Positions 23,375-35,996 are shown, counted from the first letter of the stretch. The stretch is DNA of 64,000 nt from Macrostomum hystrix (GCA_950097015.1 CATNEN010000034.1:2728001-2792000); one strand, 5' to 3'. The notes: generated by a model not told the origin, from the letters alone. Translations and numbers: made by a program.

Positions 23375-24828
23375 ATGGATCGTTTGCTTCGGCTAGGCGC
23401 AGCTGGCGGCCTTGGCTCCCTCGGCCAGGCAGCGGCACCCTCTGACGGCCCGATGCCGGACACAGCCGAGCAGGTCTACATTAGCTCGCTGGCCCTGTTG
23501 AAGATGCTGAAGCACGGACGCGCCGGCGTGCCCATGGAGGTGATGGGCCTAATGCTTGGAGAGTTTGTTGACGACTACACTGTGACGGTAGTTGACGTAT
23601 TTGCTATGCCACAGTCGGGCACTGGAGTGTCTGTGGAGGCCGTGGATCCAGTCTTTCAGGTTAGCTGTCGATTGTCTCTTTTTTCTAATTTCTATCTCAA
23701 GCACCAATCAAATTTATTGCGCATCCGTAATTGAGTCCATGCATTTTAAATCTACTACTAACGATAGATAGAAATCACACCCTAGGCAGTGGCACAGTCG
23801 CAGCTATTCCAAAGTCTGCGTTCAGCTGTTCAGTCCATGGACTGGAGCATTAGAGAATTAAGAGTCTTGCTCGAAGACTCAAACGTTTCCCTTTTTGTGA
23901 GATTCGAACTCCTGACCACTTAGTTAAAAGTCCAAAGCTCTAACCACTGGGCTACAAGCTACCTTATTACTACCTTATGCTATGCTTATGCTTACAAACA
24001 GTAGTTTGTTGAGCGTTTTTGACATTTTTGTCTAATACAACAAAATGTCACTTTACTAATCGCATCAGTGAAGCATCTAAAATACAAAAAATGACTACTT
24101 GCAATCAGTAGCTAGTAAAGCGTTTCTGCCGTCTATTTAAAACGAGCTATCCTAACAATTTGAATTCGCAGGCCAAGATGTTGGACATGCTGAAGCAGAC
24201 TGGTAGGCCAGAGATGGTAGTGGGCTGGTATCATTCGCATCCCGGCTTCGGCTGCTGGCTATCAGGCGTCGATGTCAACACCCAGCAGAGCTTCGAGGCG
24301 CTGTCCGAGCGCGCCGTAGCTGTTGTTGTCGATCCGATTCAGTCGGTGAAGGGCAAAGTGGTGATTGACGCATTCCGCCTGATCAATACCAACATGGTGA
24401 TGCTGGGCCAGGAGCCGCGCCAGACCACTAGCAACATTGGCCACCTGAACAAGCCTTCAATACAGGCTCTGATTCATGGTCTGAATAGGAACTACTATTC
24501 TATACCCATCAACTTTCGCAAGAACCGCCTAGAGCAGGCGATGCTGATGAATCTGAACAAGCGCAGCTGGCAGGACGGCTTAGCTCTGTGCGATTTCACT
24601 CGACACTGTCGCGACAACGAGTCCACGGTCAAGGCTATGCTGGATCTGACCAAATCCTATCACAAGGCGCTTGAGGATGAGCGCGAGATGACCAAGGAAC
24701 AGTTGGCCGTAAAAAATGTTGGTAAAATTGATCCGAAGCGTCACCTAGAGGAGCAGGTGGACGGCCTGATGACGGCTAACATTAGCCAGTGCCTGGGCGC
24801 TATGCTGCACTCTGTTGTGTTCAAGTAG
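23375..24828 (+). CDS. PSMD14: 26S proteasome lid deubiquitinase Rpn11, 2 exons (23375-23659, 24172-24828), 313 aa
   Basis: [34 protein letters not shown] and intact JAMM motif [17 protein letters not shown]; phase-0 GT-AG intron. Confidence 0.96.
23785..23960 (-). mobile_element. Internally deleted SINE family 1 copy in the PSMD14 intron
   Basis: Reverse strand reads TGTAGCCCAGTGGTTAGAGC..GAGTTCGAATC..GAGCAAGACTCTTAA..TCCATGGACTGAACAGCTG: head and 3' part are kept, the central core is lost. Confidence 0.7.
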
Positions 24829-26177
24829 GCATTTGTTTCTATCCTCAACTCACCCTATGTTGCTTATGCTAACTAATTCGGCATATACGGTCTGTGAACT
24901 ATTAAAGAAACTGTGGCTGACTGGAAAGAACTAATATCTGCACCTGTGCGTCCTTATGTTGAATGCTTATCATATGTTAATTTCTTTATTATCTCCATAC
25001 CAGTGCCGCTTGTTACCTGATATACCAACCCGCCCGAACTATTCAGCACTTTTTTCAAGCAGAACTTAATAAATTTGTTACTGTGCTAGTGAAATATTAC
25101 CAGTGAATAAGAGAGAATGTGTCAGTGGTCATCGCTCCCTCTTTTTACACCCTCAACCGCTGTTTGGTTGCTCTTCTTGCTTGCGAATTTTTTTCTATGA
25201 AACGGCCGATACATGTAGAATACATGAACTGTTCCAGCTGCTATTCTGCATATACATGTAGTGACTCTTCGCATCGTAATGAATTGAGTCTTCGCAATAA
25301 GAGCCAGTGTTTATGGCACTGAATGATTGAAAACATCAGGCGGAAGCCCTCAAGCCGAAAATCAATTATATTAACCAAGAGATAAGGAGGGGCGGAAGGG
25401 TAACACGAGTAAGGACGGGCCAGAGGGTCAGAGCTGAAAAGGAGGGGGTGGGGAAAGAGAGACGAACAGCTAGCCAATCAGAGACGAGGGAAAGGAAAGA
25501 AAAGTGAAGGTTAGATAATAAGTCGAACACATTGAGGGAGAGAGAAGAAAGTACAATATGAGGGCCCGCGAGCGTAAACAAGCACAGAGAGAAGGGAGAA
25601 GTAATCGTTCAGCTGTGATTCTGTAGATACGGATCCTGCTGCGATTCTGTATGTACTTTGTTTTATTATTAGATTTCTACATTTTACTCAGTGTATCATA
25701 GAGTTTATAGAGTATCATAGCTCAAGGTATTGATGAGCTTTCGATTTAGATTTTAAAATTTTAGACATTTAGAGTACGAGTACATTTTACAGAGACATTT
25801 AGAGACATTTTAGAGTGGGTACGAATAGATTTTAGTGATTCGTAAATATTCACTACTGAAAAATTCGCTATATACGAGTAACTCGTATATTATATAAACC
25901 AGCAGATCTCTGCAGATAAATTCTAGAAAATAAAATTAAATAGAGGACAAAAAAATTAGTTTCCGCTTTTTCCTTTGCTTGCTTCCTTTAAATTCCTTTT
26001 GTTTCTCACCTTGGAATTTATTCATCACATCACGACGCTTTTTTAGACTTTTTGCACTTCTCAGAGTTCTGATTTCTATGATGGCTATTGTTTGATGCTC
26101 TGAGGCAACACAAAGGAATTTTTTATCCTTATCGATTTCGTATATTCATCGCTCTATTTCGCATAGGGGGTTTTACT

Positions 26178-26470
26178 CGTAGCCTAAAGTTTAGTGCGTC
26201 GGTCTCACGAACTGAAGGTCGGGGGTTCGATTCCCGACTCCACTGGAACAATTTGTGTCCTTATTAAGACAATTAACTCGATCTGAATTGTGTTATTTCT
26301 CCCAGCTGTAAAAAGGATAAATGGATAGCAGCTGGAGTAATTGAGGGTGGGTGTGGCGTCCTCCAACCACATGGACTAAACAGCCGTTCTCAGCCTTTAG
26401 ATGCGCTGTGCAATAGCTGCGGCTGTGCTGTCGGCTGCAAATATAGCTTAATTTGGGCAGGTGTAATCAC
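26178..26470 (+). mobile_element. SINE family 1, diverged full-length copy
   Basis: Shares GGTTCGATTCCCGACTCC, GGAACAATTTGTGTCC, GAGGGTGGGTGTGGCG and GCTGCGGCTGTGCTGTCGGC with the 16220 copy. Confidence 0.85.
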
Positions 26471-28180
26471 TTTAAATTTTTTGCATCCCTATACCCTACA
26501 GTTTGTGAATGAAAAAAGATTTTAAGCACTTGTACTACAGTGATGTACCTTATCCACGAGATTATAGATAAAGCAGCAGAAATCACAATTGCCATCGACT
26601 ATTTTCGATGTCATTAATTTAGCCTTAAATGAAAGTGCTATAAACCCTAGATACAAGTAGCATTTTCCGAGAATATATTCCGGGATGTGGGATTTTAGAT
26701 AGCAAAACCGCGTTTTAACTAATATTATCCCGCAGTTTTGTCTATGGTGATAAAGCCTGAATTTTTTCGGGACTTTTGACCATAGAACTGGAATTCAGTG
26801 GGTATTAAAAAAATTAGCCACTTAAAACACTATGCAGAACAGAATAGATAGGGCTGGGTGGGTTGGGGTTGGGGTATAGCACCATAGACAACATTTCGTT
26901 AAGAAAGCCATAGAAAATGGTTCATATAGTTAGCCTCTATTTCGATATATGGTAGCGGGTTGCCGAGTTAGCTGCGCTAACGAGTTTGTGTTTATTTGAG
27001 TTCACAAAAAGGTGTGAGGGCTCTATGCCCGAGACAAAGAGCCTTATAAAGGCCAGCGCGACTTCTCCATGTCCCCAATCCCACTGAGGATCGCAAACCA
27101 ATGCGACTGCGCGAGCAGGACGCATCCGCCCAGACAGTGGTGTGTTTGTGATGTCTGGGGCCGGCTCGGCTAATCAGTTCACAGGCATGAAAACGATCTG
27201 GCTAAAAATATGCTATTGATATCTAGAGATAAAGTACATTCTTTGTCTGTTCTTTTGGAGTCCTATGGCAGAAAGACCTCGGACGATTTTATGCTTCTTT
27301 TGATCAGGACGTATAAATAGGCATTCGATAAATACGTAGATGGCAGCCATGTTTTTATCAGCCTTGTAGTACAACATGCACAAAAGGCTTAGTTCTTTAC
27401 GCCCACGCATGCATGTCGAAAGCTTAATTTGCGTTCTGCTCTGTTTCATATACATTGCACTACTATTGGTGTATTCACTATGCAATTGTTTCACTATTCA
27501 ATTGGTTAACTTTTCAGAAATGTTAACTTTGACACGTGTTTTATAAAGCGGATCCTGTTCTTGTTTCTGATTAAAAAAACAACTTATTGAATTGATTTAT
27601 TTCATTATTTTTTAGTTGCGAGCGTTCAATGTCGTTTATAAAAGATACGATGAAGCTTAAATCATGGACTAATTAAAATGTCATCCTTTTGTTACACGCT
27701 ATTTAAGGGAACCTAACTATCCAAGTAACAATGCTATTAAGTCTTAAAATTATACGAGTATTAATCCATGCCATCCCAGTGGCCATTGTCAATCAAACTG
27801 AGTGAAAAACTATACTTGTTGGAAGGGCTTAAATAGTTTTACAGATTTTTTTACTAAATCTAGCGCCATCTAGAATCTAAATGCCTGCTTCTTCACTGAC
27901 AGACATTTTTAGGTTTAATTCACGGCATGTACTTTTGCAAGTCATGCAGTCTTTTTCCTACACCCGCGCTTTTAAAGTCTCTTTTGCTAAAAAAGTATTA
28001 TATATACTATAGGTACCCTACCTATACAGCAAGACAGCCAATCATAGTTTAGTTGAATCATTGTCTCTTCCGATCGAGAAAACGTCCTACAGTTTGTATT
28101 TAGACTAATAAAGCCCACGCTTGCTTCAAAGTATTGCTAATACAGCAGCTAATCCTGAATCCTGAATCCGAACGTCGGGA

Positions 28181-29044
28181 ATGTTGGGCGCATCGCTAAT
28201 TTCAAATATGCAGCTCATAATTGTTGCTGCCATTTGGCCAACAACATGGGCACAAACAGTTGATCCAGTTCCCGCGGATGCCACCCTGACTTGCCCGTTC
28301 AACTTCACCCCGCTAGCTGGCCGCTGTCTGCTCATCAACTCGACTGCCGGTGCTGGCTGGTGCGACGCGAATCGCGCCTGCTCGGCGGCTGCCCCGGGCG
28401 CTGAGCTGCTCAGCAACTGGGAGACCATTGTCGCGTTACGGGGCATGAGTAGTTTGAGTAGTTCAGTTCTGGCCGCAGCCGGTCTATGGATCGGAGTCAG
28501 CGACCTGGCCAGGGAGAGGAACAACAGCCGGTCTGGTTGGCAGCTGGTCAATGGCCGCGGCGAAATGCCCACCAGTGACGCTGTCTGGCTTCCCAAAGAT
28601 CCTAACAATGCAGACGGCAATCAGGACTGCTTGATGCTGTTCCGGACTGGTGATTTCGATAAGACAGGCCTGATTGACAAGCAGTGCAACGTTCCCGCTG
28701 GATTCGTCTGTGATCTGCCTGCCGCTGTTGAGCCGCTGAGAGCTCCCAGCTGCGCAACTGCTCCCGGAAATAGACTCCGGTGGCTCATTCAGCAACAGTC
28801 GAGTGATCGCAGCGATGTCAACTCGCCTGACCTTTATTGTTACAGGAGCTTCGCAGACGTGAGCAACCTTCGGGACTGCGTCCTTCTGGCGAGCACGGCG
28901 CCGCAGCGAGCCGGTGGTTCCACCAGCCAAGCTCGCAGCCTTCTGTACAGCGCACTGCTGCATCGCTGCCGCGTTATGGAATTCAGCGACTCGCAGACCG
29001 AACTGGAAAGAATAGCCGACTGGGTCAAGCTGATTAGAGGCTGA
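28181..29044 (+). CDS. Intronless secreted C-type lectin-domain protein with a C-terminal PAN/apple-like segment (start 28181 or 28208)
   Basis: Signal-like MQLIIVAAIWPTTWA; CTLD pattern CPFNF..GRC..WCDANRAC..LWIGVSD..W..W..DPNN..QDC..C..FVC; tail with CYRSF..DCV..LYS..HRC. Confidence 0.85.
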   Translation: MLGASLISNMQLIIVAAIWPTTWAQTVDPVPADATLTCPFNFTPLAGRCLLINSTAGAGWCDANRACSAAAPGAELLSNWETIVALRGMSSLSSSVLAAAGLWIGVSDLARERNNSRSGWQLVNGRGEMPTSDAVWLPKDPNNADGNQDCLMLFRTGDFDKTGLIDKQCNVPAGFVCDLPAAVEPLRAPSCATAPGNRLRWLIQQQSSDRSDVNSPDLYCYRSFADVSNLRDCVLLASTAPQRAGGSTSQARSLLYSALLHRCRVMEFSDSQTELERIADWVKLIRG

Positions 29045-29699
29045 ACAATTGGCAGTGGTGTTGTTGAAACTGAACAGCTCTTTTTGAACTATTAAACAAA
29101 TTTCAAACTTTCTTTCCTTTAAAATGTTATCTAAGTTACCGCTTACACAAAAATCGGTGTAACAAAAATTGGTCCTCACCAATTTTACTGAATAGGAAAC
29201 AGCTTGTATTGCAACTACAAAATCAAATGCTTCAAACTTTTACTCATGTACTCAATACTATACTCGTTCAATGCGGTGACAAGGACAACTAACAACTAAC
29301 TGTATAATCCTCTATGGCGAATACACATAAATTCAAAATAAAAAAAATACCTGTTTAATGAATCCAAAATACTCAACAATGATAGCCGACATGGTTAATG
29401 ATGAAATTTTGTGAGCAGAATAATTAGGCCTATATTTGTGGCTTCTGCCACCTGACACCCCGGTGAGAATCATTGAATATCTCGACGATGCCGATGTTCC
29501 GTGATTCTGGCAGTCATTTCATCGAATAGTGCCGGAAGTTTTAGCCCGTGTTCATGGTGATTGGTTAAATATTTTGGGGATACAGAAACAATATAGATGT
29601 GGGTATTTGAAATGCCTCCGTGTAGTCTTTCTACTGTATATTAAGCGTTGTCACGCAGAAATCTGGCATGTTAGCTTAAACGGAATTAACAATGAGTCA

Positions 29700-30040
29700 G
29701 ACCTTACCCCTCATGATTCAGTGCATTGGCCTTAATACCCTTCATCATTCAGTGCATTGGCCTTAATACCCTTCATCATTCAGTGCATTGGCCTTAATAC
29801 CCCTCATCATTCAGTGCATTGGCCTTAATACCCCTCATCATTCAGTGCATTGGCCTTAATACCCCTCATCATTCAGTGCATTGGCCTTAATACCCCTCAT
29901 CATTCAGTGCATTGGCCTTAATACCCCTCATCATTCAGTGCATTGGCCTTAATACCCCTCATCATTCAGTGCATTTGGCCTTAATACCCCTCATCATTCA
30001 GGGCATTGGCCTTAATACCCCTCATCATTCAGTGCATCAC
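29700..30040. repeat. 31-bp array (TTCAGTGCATTGGCCTTAATACCCCTCATCA), about 11 copies
   Basis: Visible periodicity. Confidence 0.95.
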
Positions 30041-30350
30041 CTGGTCTCCTGCATGGTTAGTAGGCACTGCCTCTTATCAGTCTATATACACTGCCAGGAT
30101 GCAAATAAAAGTATGTAATTGCGAATCAGTGTTGGATTCGAACAGCCTGAATGAACTAAATCAAAGACACGAAAGTTGTTTAAGAAAATTCGAGATCGAA
30201 TATTAGTTTTTTCAAAACTATTTTCTATTTATAAAAACTGGGATTTAAAATATGAGCAAGCTATCAAACCAGGATTTTAAACATGAACAAGCTATCAGAT
30301 CAGGGGTTACAAGAAATGCCAGACTCAAGTCCAGTTAGGAAGGCCAGCGG

Positions 30351-31924
30351 TCAGTCGAAGATGGCCGACTCAACTCTGCGAGGCAGGCTGGCCAGCAGGT
30401 CCGGACAGTTCACCACGGGGTTGTCGAACACGGCCACCACGAACGCGATGCCAGACGGTTGGTCGGCTGCCACTGGCACCGCCGCCAAGCCCACGCGCTT
30501 GCTGCGACAGTCCAGCAGCTGGGCGTGGTTGCACAGGCTCAGCTGGTCCTCCGCATCCGCGGACTCGGCCAGGAGGGCTGCGGATGACCTGCGACCATGG
30601 GAACATGGCATTAGGTGTAGATGGGATCATAGGATTGGGAGTAGATGGGATCATAAGATTGGGAGAAGATGGGATCATGGGATTTGAAGAGAATGGGATA
30701 ATATATTGGAAGAGAATGGTATAATGGGATTAGAAAATGAGAATGGGATTAGGAATGGGATGGGAATAATATCAATGGGCATTCGGAGAGCATTTTGTGA
30801 GATTAGAGCAGTGAGTACTTCACTAGAGCTCACCCAATCTGGTACCATAAGTTTACTGAGTCTTCTAGCAGGCTGTCGAAGTCGTTGAACTGAACGCGGC
30901 TGATCACCATGCCGACCAGGGAGCCCTCGTCTTCATCTCCGTGCTCGAGCAGCAGCAGCGGCGGCGGCATGTCAGCGTCCTCATCTGCCGGCTTCTTCTT
31001 GAGTAGAGCCGAGCACCTGCTCAGGTCGGCCATTAGGTCTTCTGTGAGGCCGTGCGCAGCCTCTCGATCTGCCAGCTGGATGGCGAGCGTCTCGGCGGCC
31101 CAGCAGAAGGCCTCCTTGCAGATGAGCGGCTCGCAGCCGGAGTGGCAGAGTCTGGCGCGGTTGATGCGGCGCATGGCCCGGCCGCGGCGCAAGTCGTCGT
31201 CGTCCTCCTGATCCTGCGGCGGCTTCCCCACCTTCGCCAGCAGGCTGACCAGCTCGCTCATCAGAGCGCGCTTGCAGTCGTTGGCAGGAGCTGGCTTTGA
31301 CCGCCTCCACTTCCTCACTGCCGCTGGCGGAGTGGCCTTTTGAGCGTCTTCTGGAACTCGCTGCGCCGCTTCACGATGAACTTCAGCTTCCTCCTCATCT
31401 TCAGGATACACTTCAGCTTCCTCCTCATCTTGAGGATATACTTCAGCTTCCTCCTCATCTTCAGGATACACTTCAGCTTCCTCCTCATCTTGAGGATACA
31501 CTTCAGCTTCCTCCTCATCTTGAGGATACACTTCAGCTTCCTCCTCATCTTCAGGATACACTTCAGCTTCCTCCTCATCTTCAGGATACACTTCAGCTTC
31601 CTCCTCATCATCAGGATACACTTCAGCTTCCTCCTCATCTTCAGGATACACATCCGCTTCAGGAGATAAATCAGGTTCTTCCCTATCTTCAGCCTCATGT
31701 TCAGCGGCGAATTCAGCTTCCACTTCCGCTATTTCATCTGATTCCGGATCAATTTCAAAATCCAGCTCTTCATATGCGTGGTAGTCTCGCGCATCGCTGT
31801 TGATCTGTCTGAAGTCAGTGGCCTCCTCGAAGCTGGTTTCGTCAGCGGCTCGAGCAGTCTCCACTTGCTCCTCCTCACAGCGGATAATTTGCTGCTGCTT
31901 CTTTCTGACCAGAGCAGCTGCCAT
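30351..31924 (-). CDS. CAP/SCP (GAPR-1-like) domain protein with an acidic repeat N-terminus, 2 exons (31924-30846, 30588-30351), 438 aa
   Basis: A phase-2 intron (TG|GTACC..CGCAG|G) makes Trp and joins AMRRINRARLCHSGCEPL..AAETLAIQLA..EDSVNLW to SSA..NHAQLLDCRSKRVGLAAV..GIAFVVAVFDNPVVN. This follows the CAP motif order HNxYR..H..PL, A..LA, V..WY, HF..VW..K.G.G, FVVARY..GNV. Confidence 0.65.
31381..31650 (-). repeat. Coding 30-bp repeat x9 (YPEDEEEAEV)
   Basis: In-frame repeat inside the 31924 ORF. Confidence 0.95.
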
Positions 31925-32532
31925 TGTCAGGGACTCGAATGTAATTTTCAGCCTAAAGTACAGGAGGTGAATACGATGCTATAAGCAGGCGGACACTTAA
32001 ACTGCTAGTAAGTTGTGTGCTTTTGACATCAAAGCTTTTTGGCTGCCCATTTCAAAGGCACGCATTCAGTTGTGAATAAAGAAATGGCCACGCACTTATG
32101 ACCAATCAGAGCGACGCTAGAGGGTTAGAGATTGGGGTGTCGTGCCTGCGTAAATTCTTGGCGGCTCGGCTTCTTTGTGCTCTATAGAAGTTAGCAAATG
32201 TACATTTAAATACGTTTTCAACTGCGATTTTCCATCAGCCAATGAACGGCGGGACTAAAAAATGGATCAAGTTGTAACTCAATACGCCCATATGCATATT
32301 TGCAAAGCAATGCATCAGTCCACCATTCAGGCCATTTAAGTAGCTACTTTGAATATCTATCAGAGTTATATCTAACAGTGTTGTGCGTAGATATCTATCA
32401 GTACGTCCTGTGGTTAGATATCTATTATATCAGTGTTGTGCCTAAATATCCACGAGTATAAACATTTCTGAGCCCAGATACTTCAGTATCTATCAATTCT
32501 AAACCTAGAGACATTCATTTTGTGCCTAGATG

Positions 32533-32683
32533 ACCGACGTGTCTCTAGCCGAAACCCAGCCGCATCACTTTTTAAAATCACTTGTACCACTAGTCAAAAT
32601 CTATTAGAAAAGACGGATTTTGCAAGTGGTACAAGTGATTTTAAAAAGTGATGCGGCTGGGTTGCGGCTAGCGAAACGTGCGT
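32533..32683. mobile_element. 151-bp foldback (MITE-like) element flanked by the direct repeat CCTAGATG
   Basis: Arms 32546-32591 and 32625-32670 are reverse complements at 45/46 nt; CCTAGATG at 32525-32532 and 32684-32691. Confidence 0.7.
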
Positions 32684-32804
32684 CCTAGATGTCAATCAAA
32701 TCTGAGCCTAAAATTCTATCAATTCTAAGCCTATATACATCTATCCATTTAGGCCTAGATTTTTACTAGATTTGAAATCTTAAATTTATAGAAGAAACGA
32801 ATAA

Positions 32805-33063
32805 CAATCGGTTGAGCCGTTCGGGATATACTCGATTGCAAACAAGCAAGCAAGCAAGATTTTCATTTTAGTATATTTCGGAGGATATAACGGGTGTCTC
32901 AAAGATATACATTTCGAGGGTATATATTTAGTTTTTTTCTAGTTTTCTTATTAGTTTTCCTACTAGGCCTAATAATAGTTTTAATTTTAGCATAATTGAA
33001 GCCGCTCGGGAGATAGTTGATTGAAAACGTACAAACAAGCAAGATTTACATGTTTAGTATAAT
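32805..33063 (+). mobile_element. Two imperfect copies of a motif resembling Helentron/HINE 3' ends
   Basis: AATCGGTTGAGCCGTT..CAAACAAGCAAG..TTTAGTATA occurs twice about 190 nt apart; similar ends near 59350-59425 and 8580-8650. Family assignment is from memory only. Confidence 0.3.
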
Positions 33064-34294
33064 TGAATGACAACATGATTGTTTCTTGAAAGTTTCATTT
33101 ATCCTCGCTTCTGTTTTTTTAATCTGGACACAATATCTACTCACTCTCAGTCGCTCTATCCATCAATATCTACTTTCTCCCAGTCCCTCTATGCATCAAT
33201 ATCTATCTCTCCCAGTTCCTCCTAACATGAGTAAAATTTAAACGACGACCATAACTAAGTAATTACACTACACATTTAAAATTCAAAACATTATATTATC
33301 ACGCTTTTAGCAAGTGCAGCACCAAACCTAAAGCAATACGTTATTTTGCCAGGGAAGGTACTATTATTAGCTATTGATATCATAAGTAGTTTATTTCAAC
33401 ATTTGCGTGTCGTTTAAATTGACAATTTGTTTTTCTGTGTTGTAAAATTTAAGAACGAATTTAATGTTCACAAAGTGAAAATTAGTTAAAAATTATAACC
33501 ACTTGTACACAACATATTTTGTTAACACAAGTAAAATTTAGAGAATATTCATAATATTATATATAAAAAATATTTAATAAGATAAAAATAAAAACAAAAA
33601 TTGGTACCGATTTAGATTACAGATAAAAAGCATCCCTACTACATGTTCATGTGCTTAATTCAAAATTTAATTTTAGAGCTTGGATTAAAATGACTAGCTA
33701 TGTTAAGTAGCCAGCTTGACCTTATTTGCTTTGTTCTTCCTGGATATTCCTATTTTGAATTTGAGAAAGCTTAGTTGAAAATATTACTAGTTTTTGCTAC
33801 TAATACATTCATACTACTTTATCACTATAATAACTAAAGTAGCTTATTTCAAAGCTATTACTCCTGCAAATGCAATGTATTGATTTTACTGGTAGCATGA
33901 TGATGAAAAATATTTTGCAGAATGAGACTTTCACTTTTCATGTACTTTTGCACTCTTTATATACATTGCTATATACTCCAACTTGCATATCTATATTATT
34001 GTATTTATTTTATTTTTCAGCATGCATGGTAATATTGCGAGCACTACCTCACTGTGCAAATGTTGATTTTTACATTGTTACTAGAAACAGACGTTTAAGC
34101 TAAGCTTAATATTTTTCGGTACTTTAAATAATGTAAATAATGTTAGTAAAAACGTGCTATAATTAAATTTATCCTAATGTGTGTGAAAGTTATATTTCTC
34201 ATGTTTGTTTACTTGCCTTTTAGCTTTGCCAAATTTTAGTAAAAATTGACATCTGAGCTCATCATTGATAGCAATCAATATTAAAAAAACTAGC

Positions 34295-35887
34295 ATGTCT
34301 GTCCGCAAAGCAACCCACGCCGGTAGCTGGTACACTGATCGGTCTGACCAGCTCGATCAGCAGCTCACTGGCTGGCTAAATGCTGCCGGACCTCGAGTTG
34401 GCACTGCCCGTGCCATTGTGTCGCCCCATGCCGGCTATCAGTACTGCGGAGCTGTTGCGGGCTATGCCTACAAGCAGATTGACCCCGGCCCCATTAGCCG
34501 GGTGATTCTACTGGGCCCCAGCCATCATTTCTCACTGCGCGGCTGCGGCTTGTCGACAGCGGCGGAATTCCAGACACCACTGGGCAACCTGCGAGCTGAC
34601 CAGGCTACCACTGCTGAACTGCGGGCTACTGGCCAGTTCGAGATGGTGACACTCATGACATCCTACTGACCTCTGTCCTCACCTGACCCCACTGACCCGC
34701 GTCCTCACCTGACCCTACTGACCCACTGACCCGCGTCCTCACCTGACCCTACTGACCCGTGTCCTCACCTGACCCTACTGACCTCTGTCCTCACCTGACC
34801 CTACTGACCCGCGTCCTCACCTGACCCTACTGACCCGCGTCCTCACCTGACCCTACTGACCCGTGTCCTCACCTGACCCTACTGACCTCTGTCCTCACCT
34901 GACCCTACTGACCCGCGTCCTCACCTGACCCTACTGACCCGTGTCCTCACCTGACCCTACTGACCCGCGTCCTCACCTGACCCTACTGACCCGTGTCCTC
35001 ACCTGACCCTACTGACCTCTGTCCTCACCTGACCCTACTGACCCGCGTCCTCACCTGACCCTACTGACCCGTGTCCTCACCTGACCCTACTGACCCGCGT
35101 CCTCACCTGACCCTACTGACCCGTGTCCTCACCTGACCCTACTGACCCGCGTCCTCACCTGACCCTACTGACCCGCGTCCTCACCTGACCCTACTGACCC
35201 GCGTCCTCACCTGACCCTACTGACCCGCGTCCTCACCTGACCCTACTGACCCGCGTCCTCACCTGACCCTACTGACCCGCGTCCTCACCTGACCCTACTG
35301 ACCCGAGCAAAATGACCCGTGTCCTCACCTGACTAATCCTGGCCTTCCACCGCCCTTGGCAGGTATCGCTAAACCGGGACGAAGCCGAGCACAGTCTGGA
35401 GATGCAGCTGCCCTTCTTGCTGGCCGCTATGCGACCCAAATCGCCTCGCGACTACGGCATTGTGCCAATCATGGTCGGCGCCATCGACGCCTCGGTGGAG
35501 GCAGCCTATGGTGACATCCTGGCGCCCTACCTAAACGATCCGGCCACTCTGTTTGTGGTGTCTTCAGATTTTTGCCACTGGGGTCGCCGGTTCGATTACA
35601 CTTATTACGACAAGTCGGCTGGCCGGATCTGGCAGAGCATTGAACGTCTGGACCGGCAGGGCATTGAGGCCATAGAGAGCGGCCGGCCAGACAGATTCAC
35701 CCAGTACCTGCGCCAGACTGGCAACACAATTTGCGGCCGGCACCCAATCGGGGTGATGATGTGCGCGGCTGCCAGGACCGGCACCGGGCAATTTCGCTTT
35801 TTAAACTATGCCCAGTCGTCCAAATGCAATGACGCGTCAGATTCCTCCGTTAGTTACGCCGCTGGTGGCTTGTTTGTCAACGCCTAG
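34295..35887 (+). CDS. MEMO1: MEMO1, 2 exons (34295-34645, 35363-35887), 291 aa
   Basis: RKATHAGSWY, AIVSPHAGYQYCG, LGPSHH, EHSLEMQLPF, VVSSDFCHWGRRFDY, NTICGRHPI, SSVSYAA; phase-0 GT-AG intron. Confidence 0.96.
34660..35332. repeat. 26-bp array (CCTCACCTGACCCTACTGACCCGCGT), about 26 copies, filling the MEMO1 intron
   Basis: Visible periodicity with three recurring unit variants. Confidence 0.95.
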
Positions 35888-35996
35888 GACGGCAGTGCTG
35901 GCCATAGCAACCGTAGCCTGGGGTTGGTTGTCATTGACAGCAATGCGTAGATATAATATTCAAGCTGACAATGTTATATTTTCAAGTTAGTCGATC

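Noticed and set aside
22680-23396. Long ORFs in three frames upstream of PSMD14
   Set aside because: The 31-bp repeat has no stop codon in any + frame; Rpn11 is already complete from ATG 23375.
25340-25680. Purine-rich block resembling a solo LTR
   Set aside because: No TG..CA termini, TSD or second copy found in the window.
26940-27180. GC-rich island with TATAAA
   Set aside because: No convincing ORF, splice sites or repeat partner; cannot be assigned.
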